Shown: positions 48,541 to 58,425 of the stretch, in pieces | Position numbering within the stretch: position 1 is the first letter of the stretch | How the letters are laid out: each line of letters opens with the position of its first letter | NCBI GenBank assembly: GCA_040776945.1 | Contig: JAXGZN010000001.1 | Coordinates: 416,001-480,000, forward strand | Direction: 5' to 3' | Origin: Methanomassiliicoccaceae archaeon | Lineage (GTDB): Archaea > Thermoplasmatota > Thermoplasmata > Methanomassiliicoccales > Methanomassiliicoccaceae | Length of the DNA stretch: 64,000 nt | Program-made: the position numbers and the translations under genes | Notes under the pieces: model-generated | Told to the model about the DNA's origin: nothing | What the model saw: only the letters and a program-made list of their open reading frames with translations | Databases searched by the model: none

Positions 48541-50685
48541 ATGGGCATGACCGATCGCAACGTTCCCGATAGGGACGTTAAAGGAGGGATGATGGGACCG
48601 GATGGCGTCCCGTCCCTCGATGACCCCCGGCTGTTCATCAACCGGGAGCTGAGCTGGTTGGACTTCAACCGCAGGGTACTGGAGGAGGCCGAAGACCCCG
48701 CCCAGCCGCTGCTGGAGCGGGTGAAGTTCCTGGCCATATGCGGAGGGAACATCGATGAGTTCTTCATGTCCCGCGTTCCTGGCCTGCTGAGGCAGGCGGC
48801 GAAGGGAGCGCTGGAGACACCTCCTGACGGCATGGGCCCAGCCGAACAGCTGAACGCCATCAGGTGCCGGCTCGATGTCCTCCTGGAGGAGCATGCGCGG
48901 GTCTGGAGGGACCAGCTCCTTCCCGGGCTCGCCGCCCGGGGGATCTTCGTCCACCGGATGCAGGAGCTTGATGTGGCACAGATAGGTTCGCTGCGCAGGT
49001 TCTTCGAGCGAGAGGTGTTCCCGATACTCACGCCTCTGGCCTTTGATCTTGGCCACCCTTTCCCGTTCATTTCCAGCGGAGCGATCAACATCGCGGCGGT
49101 CGTATGCGACGCCTCCGGCCATGAGATGTTCGCCCGGGTCAAGGTGCCGTCGGGAGATTTGTTCCCCCGACTGATACGTATCGACCAGGAGAACGGGGGG
49201 GACGGCGAGGCCCACTTCGTTCTGCTTGAGGACCTGGTCGCAGCGAATCTCGATCTAATGTTCACAGGAATGAACATAGTCTCCGCGCATCCCTTTCGCG
49301 TCACCCGTGACGCGGAGTTCGAGATCGAACTGGACGAGACCCATGATCTGCTGACGGCGATGGAGGAGGGGCTGGAGTCCAGGAGGGTGGGGGACCTTTC
49401 CCGTCTGGAGGTCTCCGCGGACATGCCCCGCCGCCTCGTAGAGATGTTGGCCGCCAAGATGGAGTTGGGGCCCCAGCTGATCTACAGCTCCTCGGTCCCT
49501 CTGGCTCTGGTCGATCTCTGGCAGCTCCACGGCCTGCGCCGCCCGGAACTGTCCGATGAGCCGTTCCTTCCATGCCTGCCCAGGGCGCTTTCGAACGAGA
49601 TGACCGTCCTGCGGAGCATTGCCGAGCGTGATGTCCTGCTGTACCACCCTTACGACAGCTTTCAACCGCTAATCACCTTCCTGGGGCAGGCCGCGGCCGA
49701 CCCCAAGGTCATGGCCATCAAGATCACGTTCTACCGCATCGACGAACGGTCGCCGCTCGTGGACGCGCTCATGGAAGCGCGCCGCAACGGAAAGGCCATC
49801 GCCGCGGTGGTGGAGCTCAAGGCCAAGTTCGACGAGACCAACAACATCAACTGGGCCAAGCAACTGGAGCATGCCGGCGTGCATGTCGTCTACGGCCCGG
49901 TGGACATCAAGATACATGCCAAGATGTGCCTCATCGTGCGCAAGAGCAGGGACGGGCCCATCAGACTATGTCATCTCTCCTCCGGGAACTATAATGCGAA
50001 GACGGCCCGCACCTATGGGGATATCGGCTACTTCACCTCCGATCCCGACATCGCGGCCGATGTCTCCGACCTGTTCAACTCCCTGACCGGATATTGCAGG
50101 AAGGAGGCTTTCCGCAAGCTTCTGGTGTCCCCGGCAGGCATACGAAGGGGGATCGTGGAGAGGATCGACCGGGAGATCGAGCGGCATAGGACGCACGGCG
50201 ACGGCCGCATCGCTTTCAAGCTGAACGCGCTCATAGACAAGGGCATCATCAAAGCGCTGTACCGAGCGTCCATGGCCGGGGTGAAGGTCGACCTGAACGT
50301 GAGAGGCCTATGCAGTTTGAGGCCTGGGGTGCCAGGAGTGAGTGAGAACGTCCGGGTGACGTCGATCGTCTCGAGGTTCCTGGAGCACTGCAGGATCTAT
50401 TACTTCCGGAACGGCGGGAAAGAGGAGGTGTTCTTGGGCTCATCGGACATGATGCCGCGTAACCTGGACCGCAGGGTCGAGGTGCTGTTCCCGGTGAGGG
50501 ACCACCGCATCCGCAAGGCGGTGGTGGAAGACATCCTGGAGGTGCACCTGCGCGATAACGTGAAGGCGCGAGAGCTCATGGCCGACGGGTCCTGGAAGAG
50601 GGTGGTCCGCAAGGAGGGCGAAGAGGAGATGGACTCTCAGAGGTGGCTGTTGGCCCACCGGGGGATTTGGCATGGCGAGAGGTGA
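48541..50685 (+). CDS. ppk1: Polyphosphate kinase 1
   Basis: FINRELSWLDFNRRVL, HPFPFIS, HPYDSF, ELKARF-like ELKAKFDE, KIHAK and SGNYN motifs. Exact start uncertain. Confidence 0.96.
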   Translation: MGMTDRNVPDRDVKGGMMGPDGVPSLDDPRLFINRELSWLDFNRRVLEEAEDPAQPLLERVKFLAICGGNIDEFFMSRVPGLLRQAAKGALETPPDGMGPAEQLNAIRCRLDVLLEEHARVWRDQLLPGLAARGIFVHRMQELDVAQIGSLRRFFEREVFPILTPLAFDLGHPFPFISSGAINIAAVVCDASGHEMFARVKVPSGDLFPRLIRIDQENGGDGEAHFVLLEDLVAANLDLMFTGMNIVSAHPFRVTRDAEFEIELDETHDLLTAMEEGLESRRVGDLSRLEVSADMPRRLVEMLAAKMELGPQLIYSSSVPLALVDLWQLHGLRRPELSDEPFLPCLPRALSNEMTVLRSIAERDVLLYHPYDSFQPLITFLGQAAADPKVMAIKITFYRIDERSPLVDALMEARRNGKAIAAVVELKAKFDETNNINWAKQLEHAGVHVVYGPVDIKIHAKMCLIVRKSRDGPIRLCHLSSGNYNAKTARTYGDIGYFTSDPDIAADVSDLFNSLTGYCRKEAFRKLLVSPAGIRRGIVERIDREIERHRTHGDGRIAFKLNALIDKGIIKALYRASMAGVKVDLNVRGLCSLRPGVPGVSENVRVTSIVSRFLEHCRIYYFRNGGKEEVFLGSSDMMPRNLDRRVEVLFPVRDHRIRKAVVEDILEVHLRDNVKARELMADGSWKRVVRKEGEEEMDSQRWLLAHRGIWHGER

Positions 50686-52957
50686 GGACCCTGGTCTATG
50701 CCTCCTCGGCTCCATGGCCATCCTAAAGCAGGTTTCCGAGCTTCGGGCAAGCTCCAAGGCGGCCCAGCGGATGGAGGTCGAGGGCGTGCACCAGACAAGG
50801 GTAGCCTCTCGGAGACTGAGGGCCGCATTGCCCATCTTCAGCTCCTGCTTCAAGGAAAGCCAGCGGGACAGGTGGCGGAACAGCGTCAAGGACCTCACCA
50901 GGTCGCTGGGCGAGGCTCGGGACGCCGACGTCCAGATCGGTTTTCTGCGTGAGCTCATGTCGAGGGTCGGAGAGGCCGAGAGGACGGGAGTGAGGGCCCT
51001 TCTGGACCTAAAGGAAAGGGCGAGGGTGGACCTCCAAGAGCAGGTGGCGAGGTGGCTCGAGAGCGTCGAGGAGGAGGGCGTGCTGAAAGATATGGAGCGC
51101 CTTCTGGGCAAGCGGGTGCGCCGCCTCGAGGCCCGGAAAGCGGACGTTCGAGGGCGGCCAAGCTACGCTGCCGGGCTCGCCCATGTTTCCCGCCGAACGA
51201 ACAGGGTGTTGGAACTCGAGCCCTTCATAAACGACCCAGGTGCGATCGGGAAGCATCATGATCTGCGTATAGCCGTCAAGAGGCTCCGGTATACGCTGGA
51301 AGCGTTCCGCCCGCTGTTCGACGACCAGCTGAAGAAGGAGATCGGCGCCCTGAAGATGGTCCAAGATCTTCTGGGAGAGATGCATGATTGTGATGTCTGG
51401 TTAGACAGTTTGAGCACTTTGGAGGAGGAAATGCGCTCCCTCCCTGGCGTGGATATCGAGGCTGTCCTTCCAGGCCTTAGGGCGTTGGCCGACGACCGGG
51501 ACAGGGAACGAGGGGAGCTATACCGCCGGTTCACGGCCCAGTGGGCAAGTCTCCGCGGATCGAAGTTCTTTGAAAGCCTGGCCGGCCGCTTCCGGTCCGG
51601 AATGACGAGCGGGAACTACGCCATCCCCCCGGAAGATAGTGGCCAGCCGCCGAAGCTGGGCATCGTCTCCGACATACATGGCAACATGGGGGCGCTCGAG
51701 GCCGTAATGGAGGATGCCCGGTCCCGCGGCGTCAGTTGGTTCATAAGCCTTGGGGACATGGTCGGTTCCGGGCCGTATCCCGAGGAGGTCGTGAGGTCCG
51801 TCCGCGACGAGCGTTTCCTGAGCGTGGTCGGCAATTTTGACCTGAAGGTGCTGAAGTTCGCTCGTAGGCCCAAGCGTCCCGGGCCCCCTTCGGTCCAACG
51901 CTCGGTCCTGGCCGCGGCCGCACGGGACCTGTCCGAGGACAGTTTGAAGTTCATAGCCTCACTTCCTCCGGAGATCAGGCTGGAGGTAGGAGGGCACAGG
52001 CTTCTCCTGGTGCACGCCAGTCCTGATGGCCCGGACGAGCATCTGGACCCTGATACTCCAGAGGAGAGATTGGCCGAACTCTCGAGGATCTCTGACGCTG
52101 ACATCGTGATGGTAGGGCACTCGCACCGCTCGTTCGTCCGCACCGTCAACGGAACGATGTTCATCAACCCGGGTAGCGTAGGCCGCCCCGTGGACGGCGA
52201 CCCTAGGGCCTCGTATGCGATTTTGGATATCGCCAGCCTCTCCGCATCGCTGCATCGCGTGGACTATGATGTCGAGGCGGCGTTAAGAGCGCTGAGGGAA
52301 AAGGGGCTTCCTGAGGAGGTCGTAGAGGTCGTACAGAAAAGCCGGTCGGCAGGCGAAGTGGGCCTCAAGATGGCACCACCCCTCGACAGGAAGGCGGCAA
52401 TGGCGTGGATAGAGAGGGCTGCCAGGCAGATGAACGTCGATCACCGGCATGCCGAGACCGTGCTCCGGACAGCCACTGCGCTCTTCCGGCAGCTGACGGC
52501 CCTCCATGGCCTTGGCTGCAAGGACCTCTTCCTTTTAGAGGCCGCATGCTTGCTGCATGATGTCGGCATCTCCGAGGGCGTCAAGGGGCACCACCGCTCT
52601 TCTTACCGGTTGATCATGGAGGCCGACCTGCCCCTTCCTCCAAGGGACAGGAGCATGGTGGCGCTCATGGCCAGGTTCCATCGGAAGAGGCCTCCGGAGG
52701 ACAGTGATGAGCAGGTAGCGCTCATAAGCGGGAACGACCGCCGGCGGTTGTACTCACTGACCTCGATCCTCCGGATCGCCGACGGACTGGATCACCAGCA
52801 CGCCGGCTTGGTGAAGGACGTGGGCTGCAGCATATCCGATGATGAGGTGGTCATCAAGATATCGTCCGATGGTGATTGGTCGCCAGAGAGTGAGGCGGCC
52901 TTGAGGAAATCGGACCTGTTCGAGCGGACCTTTCGGAGGAGGGTGAGATTCGAGTGA
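50672..52957 (+). CDS. Fusion of CHAD domain, calcineurin-like metallophosphoesterase (YfcE-type) and HD domain
   Basis: CHAD motifs VHQTRVASRRLRA, HDLRIAVKRLRY and QDLLGEMHD; MPE motifs SDIHGN, LGDMVG, GNFD, GHSH and NPGSVG; HD motifs LLHDVG, HHRSSY and LRIADGLD. Confidence 0.88.
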   Translation: MARGEDPGLCLLGSMAILKQVSELRASSKAAQRMEVEGVHQTRVASRRLRAALPIFSSCFKESQRDRWRNSVKDLTRSLGEARDADVQIGFLRELMSRVGEAERTGVRALLDLKERARVDLQEQVARWLESVEEEGVLKDMERLLGKRVRRLEARKADVRGRPSYAAGLAHVSRRTNRVLELEPFINDPGAIGKHHDLRIAVKRLRYTLEAFRPLFDDQLKKEIGALKMVQDLLGEMHDCDVWLDSLSTLEEEMRSLPGVDIEAVLPGLRALADDRDRERGELYRRFTAQWASLRGSKFFESLAGRFRSGMTSGNYAIPPEDSGQPPKLGIVSDIHGNMGALEAVMEDARSRGVSWFISLGDMVGSGPYPEEVVRSVRDERFLSVVGNFDLKVLKFARRPKRPGPPSVQRSVLAAAARDLSEDSLKFIASLPPEIRLEVGGHRLLLVHASPDGPDEHLDPDTPEERLAELSRISDADIVMVGHSHRSFVRTVNGTMFINPGSVGRPVDGDPRASYAILDIASLSASLHRVDYDVEAALRALREKGLPEEVVEVVQKSRSAGEVGLKMAPPLDRKAAMAWIERAARQMNVDHRHAETVLRTATALFRQLTALHGLGCKDLFLLEAACLLHDVGISEGVKGHHRSSYRLIMEADLPLPPRDRSMVALMARFHRKRPPEDSDEQVALISGNDRRRLYSLTSILRIADGLDHQHAGLVKDVGCSISDDEVVIKISSDGDWSPESEAALRKSDLFERTFRRRVRFE

Positions 52958-54555
52958 GCGATGGGGACCAAAGGACCGGCCACGTGGTGGCCTTCATCGA
53001 TCTGGGCACCAACTCCGTACGCTTGCTCGTGGTCAGGTTGAATCCCAATTTCTCATACACGATCATCAGCCAGGAGAAGGAGGTGGTGCGCCTGGGAGAG
53101 AACGCTTTCGTAGACCATAACCTGAGGCGGGAGGCCATGGACCGCGCGGTCCATGTGTGCCGCAGGTTCGCCGAGCTCTCTAGGACCTACGGCGCCGACG
53201 AGATCGTGGCCATCGCCACATCAGCAGCGAGAGAGGCGGCCAACCAGGACGTCCTTGTCGAGCGGCTCAAGGAGGAGGCGGGCCTGGAAGTGGGCATCAT
53301 CTCAGGAATAGAGGAGGCGAGGCTCATCTACCAGGGCGTGAGATCTGGGATAGACCTTGGAGCGCGCACCGCGCTGTTCGTGGACATCGGAGGAGGCAGT
53401 ACCGAGCTCATAGTGGGCGATCATGACATGCACTATTCCCTTGACAGCTTGAACCTGGGAGCGATCCGCACGACCGCCGCGTTCCTCCCTCTTGGATATA
53501 AAGGACCGGTCGAGGAACCTGTATACAACAAGATGAGGAAACATGCGCGTAGCGAGATGGTCCACACGATCAAAGCGATAGCCAAGGGCAAGAGGTACGA
53601 TCTTGTCATCGGTAGCTCAGGCACCATCATGAACCTGGCGGAAATGGCCTCCCGCTCTTACGGAGGGAGGTCTGGAACGCTCAAGCTCGCTCATTTGAAG
53701 AAGCTCACGGCCGCCCTCCGCCCGATGACCTTGGAGCAGCGCAGACAGGTCCCGGGCATCAATCCTGAGCGGGCGGACATCATCCTGGGGGGCGCTGCCA
53801 TCCTGGAGACCATCATGGAAGAGCTGAGGGTCGAGGAGCTGACGGTAAGCGACCGGGGAGCGCTAAGCGGACTGCTGGTCGATCACCTCTCAGGGATAAC
53901 TGGGTACCCGCATGCTGAGCGGTTGCCGGTCAGAGATACCAGCGTTCTGCAGCTGGGCCGTTCGTGCGGCATAGACGAGGGACATGCCCTCACCGTTTCC
54001 AGACTCGCCCTCGAACTGTACGACAGCGCCCAGGCCATAGGGCTCCATGCCCTCGATAGGAAGGACCGCGAGCTCCTGAGGCATGCCGCCTTCCTTCACG
54101 ACATCGGGGACTTCATCTCGTTCGACGAACACCACGCCCATTCCTATTACATCGTAAGGAACGCCGATCTTCTGGGGTTCGATGAGAGGGAGATCGCTAT
54201 CATGGCCGGCTTGGTCCGCTATCACCGCAAGAGGCCGCCGCGGCGCAGGGACCCGGAGATGTCGGAACTAGATGAGAAGAGCCGGCAGAAGGTGGTCATC
54301 ATGTCCGCCTTCCTCCGGCTCGCGGAGACGCTGGACCGCAGCCACGCCGATCTGGTATCCTCAGCCCAGTTCCGGCGAAAGGGGAAGAACGCTCTAGTTC
54401 TGGAGGTGACCTCCGATGCGGATGTTGCGCTGGAGGTCTGGGGATTGGAGAACAGCGCCAAGGCGTTCAAGCAGGCCGTCGGGCGCGAGCTGAGGATCAA
54501 GGTCAAGCGAACCCGCAACGATTATGGCTTGGGCGCTCCATCCTGGACATTGTGA
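52954..54555 (+). CDS. ppx: Exopolyphosphatase Ppx/GppA with C-terminal HD domain
   Basis: IDLGTNSVRL, ATSAAREA, EEARL, DIGGGSTE, RADII and LHDIG motifs. Confidence 0.93.
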   Translation: MSDGDQRTGHVVAFIDLGTNSVRLLVVRLNPNFSYTIISQEKEVVRLGENAFVDHNLRREAMDRAVHVCRRFAELSRTYGADEIVAIATSAAREAANQDVLVERLKEEAGLEVGIISGIEEARLIYQGVRSGIDLGARTALFVDIGGGSTELIVGDHDMHYSLDSLNLGAIRTTAAFLPLGYKGPVEEPVYNKMRKHARSEMVHTIKAIAKGKRYDLVIGSSGTIMNLAEMASRSYGGRSGTLKLAHLKKLTAALRPMTLEQRRQVPGINPERADIILGGAAILETIMEELRVEELTVSDRGALSGLLVDHLSGITGYPHAERLPVRDTSVLQLGRSCGIDEGHALTVSRLALELYDSAQAIGLHALDRKDRELLRHAAFLHDIGDFISFDEHHAHSYYIVRNADLLGFDEREIAIMAGLVRYHRKRPPRRRDPEMSELDEKSRQKVVIMSAFLRLAETLDRSHADLVSSAQFRRKGKNALVLEVTSDADVALEVWGLENSAKAFKQAVGRELRIKVKRTRNDYGLGAPSWTL

Positions 54556-55007
54556 GCTCCCGGCTGCAGGAATACAGGGACAAGAGGGATTTCTCAAGGA
54601 CCCCGGAGCCGTCCGGCGGGACCGTGGACGCAGAGCCGTTCTTCGTGGTGCAGGACCATCATGCCTCGACCCATCATCATGACCTCCGGCTGCTGATGGA
54701 CGGGACATTGAAGAGCTGGGCGGTCCCCAAGCTCATGCCCGAGGAACTGAAAGTGAAGAGGCTAGCGGTGCAGACCGAGGATCATCCTGTGGAGTATGGG
54801 TCCTTCGAGGGGTCCATCCCTGAAGGGGAGTACGGGGCGGGGGACGTTAAGGTCTTCGACCGCGGGCCGTACGAGCTTCTGGAGAGAACGAACGACAAGA
54901 TCGTTTTCCGCCTGGACGGGAATAGGTTGAAGGGCACTTATGCCCTAATACGGTTCAAGGGCAAAGAGGCCAAGGAAAAGAATTGGCTGGTCATGCGCAC
55001 GCTTTGA
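54552..55007 (+). CDS. Stand-alone LigD 3'-phosphoesterase (PE) domain protein
   Basis: EYRDKRDFSRTPEP, FVVQDHHASTHHHDLRL, LKSWAVPK, RLAVQTEDHP and FEGSIPEGEYGAG motifs. Confidence 0.9.
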   Translation: MSSRLQEYRDKRDFSRTPEPSGGTVDAEPFFVVQDHHASTHHHDLRLLMDGTLKSWAVPKLMPEELKVKRLAVQTEDHPVEYGSFEGSIPEGEYGAGDVKVFDRGPYELLERTNDKIVFRLDGNRLKGTYALIRFKGKEAKEKNWLVMRTL

Positions 55008-55040
55008 GAAAACCAAAGAAGGGGTTTGATGAGAAGGACC

Positions 55041-55256
55041 TCAGCCCTTCTTCATTATCTTCATCCAGCCGCCGCTCTCGAACACGCCGAGTCCGCGGGA
55101 CTTAAGGGTCTTCTCGAACTCGTCCCAGGGTATGATCTCCAGGCGGTCGTTGGAACCCTTGGTGAATTGGATCCCGTTCGTTCCCTTTACCCGGCCGGGC
55201 TTAAGACCCTTCTTCTTCGCTATTTCCTTGGCCTTATCTACGTTGATCTGCTCCAT
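55041..55256 (-). CDS. Small basic hypothetical protein
   Basis: 71-aa ORF MEQINVDKAKEIAKKKGLKPGRVKG...IPWDEFEKTL with an upstream GGAGG RBS. Confidence 0.7.
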   Translation of the reverse strand: MEQINVDKAKEIAKKKGLKPGRVKGTNGIQFTKGSNDRLEIIPWDEFEKTLKSRGLGVFESGGWMKIMKKG

Positions 55257-55517
55257 GACCAATGATTTCCCTCCAGTGCATCTAGGGACGATAGTAGCCA
55301 ATCGACCCAGACTGAGATTGCCCTTGTCCATATATAATATTTATCCTATAATCATGCATAGCCAGTAAGAAAAAAAGAGCAAAAACGGCATTTTTCAACG
55401 CTTTTTATGGTAGATTGGCATTTCAGACTGGCCATCTACTCTAAAAAATTGTAACTGATTATTTGGTCATCAATACATTTATTGATGAACGGCATTCTTC
55501 GGGGATGGTTGGAACCT

Positions 55518-56819
55518 ATGTCCTTGTTCGGTTCATCGGGGATCAGAGGAGTGGTGGGTCAGGACTTCACCGTCGATCTGGCAGTGAGCATCAGTGAGGC
55601 CGTCGGAAGCCTGCACAGCAGCATCGTCCTTGGCCGAGACACCAGGACCAGCGGCCAGATGGTGGCCCGAGCGCTCATCGCCGGAGCCACCTCAATGGGC
55701 GCGGATGTCCAAGACGCCGGCATGATCTCCACACCGACGCTGGCGAGGGCGGCGTCCGAGTTCGACTGTGGCCTTATGGTCACCGCATCGCATAATCCAT
55801 CACCGTACAATGGTGTCAAGATGTGGAACCCTGATGGCTCGGCGTTCGACACCGTGCAGATGAACGAGGTCGAGAACCGCATCGCCCACCGCGCCTACGA
55901 ACACAAGGGCTGGAGGCATGTCGGCACCTCCAAGAGATATGAGGGGGCGGTGCACCGGCATGTCCAGTCGATCGCAAGATCGATCGGGGAGGCCAGCGCC
56001 CGGGTCGTGCTGGATTGCGGCTGCGGGGCGACCTTCGAAGTGAGCCCCTTGACACTGCGGACCATCGGGTGCGGCGTCACCTCCTTGAACTGCCAGGCAG
56101 ACGGACATTTCCCTGGCCGCAACCCCGAGCCCACCGAGGACCAGCTCTACGACCTCAAGGAATTGGTGGTTATCAAGGGCGCGGACCTGGGGATCGCGCA
56201 CGACGGAGACGGGGACCGCATGGTGGCAGTGGACGACAAGGGCAGGTTCATCGATGGGGACCGTCTCATAGCGCTGTTCGCGACCTATCTTAAGATGAAG
56301 GGAGTGGTCGCCCCCATGGACGCCTCCATGGTCCTGGACGATATCGTGGGCCGGGTGATCAGATGCAAGGTCGGCGATGTGTACGTCGCCGAGGCGCTGA
56401 AGAGCAGCGGTCTGGAGTTCGGGGGCGAGCCTTCGGGCACTTACATCTTCCCGAACGAAACGTTCTGTCCCGACGGGGTCTATGCCGGCGCCCTGCTGGC
56501 GAAGATGGCCTCGGAGGATCGCCTTTCCGCGATGATCGACGGACTTCCTCGTTATCCTGTTCGCCGGGAATCGCATAAGTTCGAGGCCAGACGCCGCCGG
56601 GAAGTCGAGGAGCGGCTGAAGGCCGAGGCCCAGGGGCTGGATTGCGACCGCCTGCTGACCGTGGACGGCTTCCGGGCCGAATACTCAGACGGTTGGTTCC
56701 TGGTGAGGCTCTCAGGGACCGAGCCTAAGCTTCGGATCACCGTGGAGGCAAGGGACGAGGAGGGATTGGAGCGGCTAAAGGAAATATCCGCCCGCATGGT
56801 CGGGAGGTGCCTGAAATGA
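55518..56819 (+). CDS. glmM: Phosphoglucosamine mutase / phosphohexomutase
   Basis: LFGSSGIRG, TASHNP, DGDGDR, GGEPSG and RLSGTEP motifs. Confidence 0.88.
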   Translation: MSLFGSSGIRGVVGQDFTVDLAVSISEAVGSLHSSIVLGRDTRTSGQMVARALIAGATSMGADVQDAGMISTPTLARAASEFDCGLMVTASHNPSPYNGVKMWNPDGSAFDTVQMNEVENRIAHRAYEHKGWRHVGTSKRYEGAVHRHVQSIARSIGEASARVVLDCGCGATFEVSPLTLRTIGCGVTSLNCQADGHFPGRNPEPTEDQLYDLKELVVIKGADLGIAHDGDGDRMVAVDDKGRFIDGDRLIALFATYLKMKGVVAPMDASMVLDDIVGRVIRCKVGDVYVAEALKSSGLEFGGEPSGTYIFPNETFCPDGVYAGALLAKMASEDRLSAMIDGLPRYPVRRESHKFEARRRREVEERLKAEAQGLDCDRLLTVDGFRAEYSDGWFLVRLSGTEPKLRITVEARDEEGLERLKEISARMVGRCLK

Positions 56820-58042
56820 AGGCATTGGTATTGGCCGCAGGGGAGGGCACCAGGCTGCGGCCCCTTACCTCCAACGTGCCCAAGCCCCTCCTGCTGGTGG
56901 CCGGAAGGCCGTTCATGTCCCACCTGCTGGAGGCGTTGGGCGATCTCGGGATCAAGGACATATTCATCCTGGTCGGGTGGAAGGCCAACAAGATCAAGGA
57001 ATATTACGGCGACGGGTCCCGCCTCGGCCTGAACATCAAGTACCTGGAACAGAGGGAGAGGATGGGCACCGCTCACGCCATAGGGTGCGCCGAGGGTTCC
57101 ATCGACGAGCCGTTCATGTGCCTGAACGGCGATGTGATCATGTTCCGCGATGACCTCCGGCGGATGCTGGAACGGCACAACGAGACCGGCTCCACGATCA
57201 TGGGCGCGGTTACCGTGCCAGACCCCAAACGGTTCGGGGTGCTCGAGATGCGTTCTGGCCGGCTGCAGAGGATCCATGAAAAGCCGGAGATGCCTCCTAC
57301 CGACCTCATCAACGCCGGGGCCTTCGTGTTCAACCCCAGTATCTTCGAACGCATAAGGGCGACCCCCAAGTCCGTTCGCGGGGAATATGAGATCACAGAT
57401 ACGCTCAACTCCTTGGCATCGGAGGAGGACGTGCACATCGAGACGCTCGTCGAAGGTTGGATGGACGTTGGAAGGCCATGGGACCTTTTGGATGCCAATG
57501 AGATCCTAATGTCGAAGATGAAGGGGAGGATCGAAGGCACGGTGGAGCCGGGCGCGGTCCTTAAGGGAGAGGTGGTCGTGGAGAGCGGCGCGGTGGTGAG
57601 GAGCGGAGCGTACATAGAGGGCCCTGCGTACATCTCCGAAGGCTGCGATGTTGGCCCGAACTGCTACATACGCCCATCTACCTGCCTGGGCCCCAATGTT
57701 AGAGTGGGCGCCGCGGTGGAGGTGAAGAACTCCATAATCATGGCCAGATCACATGTCCCCCACCATAACTACGTGGGAGACAGCATCATTGGCGAGCGCT
57801 GCAACCTAGGAGCGGGCACCAAGGTGGCCAATCTGCGCTTCGATGATCGCCCGGTCAGGGTGACATTCAAGGGCCACATGATCGACTCTGGACGTCGGAA
57901 GCTCGGCGTGATCATGGGCGATGATGTGAAGACCGGCATCAACTCCATGATCGACCCGGGAACCATCATCTTCGAGAGGACCTTCATAGGCCCTGGCGCG
58001 GTGGTCCGCGGGAACATCGGACCTGGGAGCAGGGTCCTCTAG
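56816..58042 (+). CDS. glmU: Bifunctional sugar-1-phosphate nucleotidylyltransferase/acetyltransferase (archaeal GlmU)
   Basis: LAAGEGTRLRPLT, RGEYEITD, hexapeptide repeats, HHNYVGDS. Confidence 0.88.
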   Translation: MKALVLAAGEGTRLRPLTSNVPKPLLLVAGRPFMSHLLEALGDLGIKDIFILVGWKANKIKEYYGDGSRLGLNIKYLEQRERMGTAHAIGCAEGSIDEPFMCLNGDVIMFRDDLRRMLERHNETGSTIMGAVTVPDPKRFGVLEMRSGRLQRIHEKPEMPPTDLINAGAFVFNPSIFERIRATPKSVRGEYEITDTLNSLASEEDVHIETLVEGWMDVGRPWDLLDANEILMSKMKGRIEGTVEPGAVLKGEVVVESGAVVRSGAYIEGPAYISEGCDVGPNCYIRPSTCLGPNVRVGAAVEVKNSIIMARSHVPHHNYVGDSIIGERCNLGAGTKVANLRFDDRPVRVTFKGHMIDSGRRKLGVIMGDDVKTGINSMIDPGTIIFERTFIGPGAVVRGNIGPGSRVL

Positions 58043-58425
58043 AGGTCCACGACCTCCAGCTTCACCGGCCGCCCCTCGCGGTCATAGGCTTGCCAGCTCC
58101 GCCAGTCGTACGGCAGGCAGGTGATGATGTGCGTGCTGCCGAAGTTGCCGAACAGGTGAAGGTCCTCTGCCGACGGACGGTTGGACGGCCCGGGGTGCGA
58201 GTGCACCGTCCCGACCACGCTGAAGTCGATCGGCATCAAGTTCAGCTGCATGAACGCGGAGCGCTCGTTGGACCGGCTTCCGGGGAACAGGAGGATCTCT
58301 GTGATCACCCCGTTCTCGGCCCTCAATGCGGCCACGAACTCATTGGGCAGCGACTCCCTGGAGGCCTCGTTGATCATCTTCAGGACATCGGCCTCGATCC
58401 CCCATATCTTCCGGCGAGCGGTCAC
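58039..58425 (-). CDS. JAB1/MPN (JAMM) metalloprotease
   Basis: PNEF...GTVHSHPGPSNRPSAED JAMM motif; GTG start overlaps the NAD kinase stop. Confidence 0.9.
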   Translation of the reverse strand: MTARRKIWGIEADVLKMINEASRESLPNEFVAALRAENGVITEILLFPGSRSNERSAFMQLNLMPIDFSVVGTVHSHPGPSNRPSAEDLHLFGNFGSTHIITCLPYDWRSWQAYDREGRPVKLEVVDL

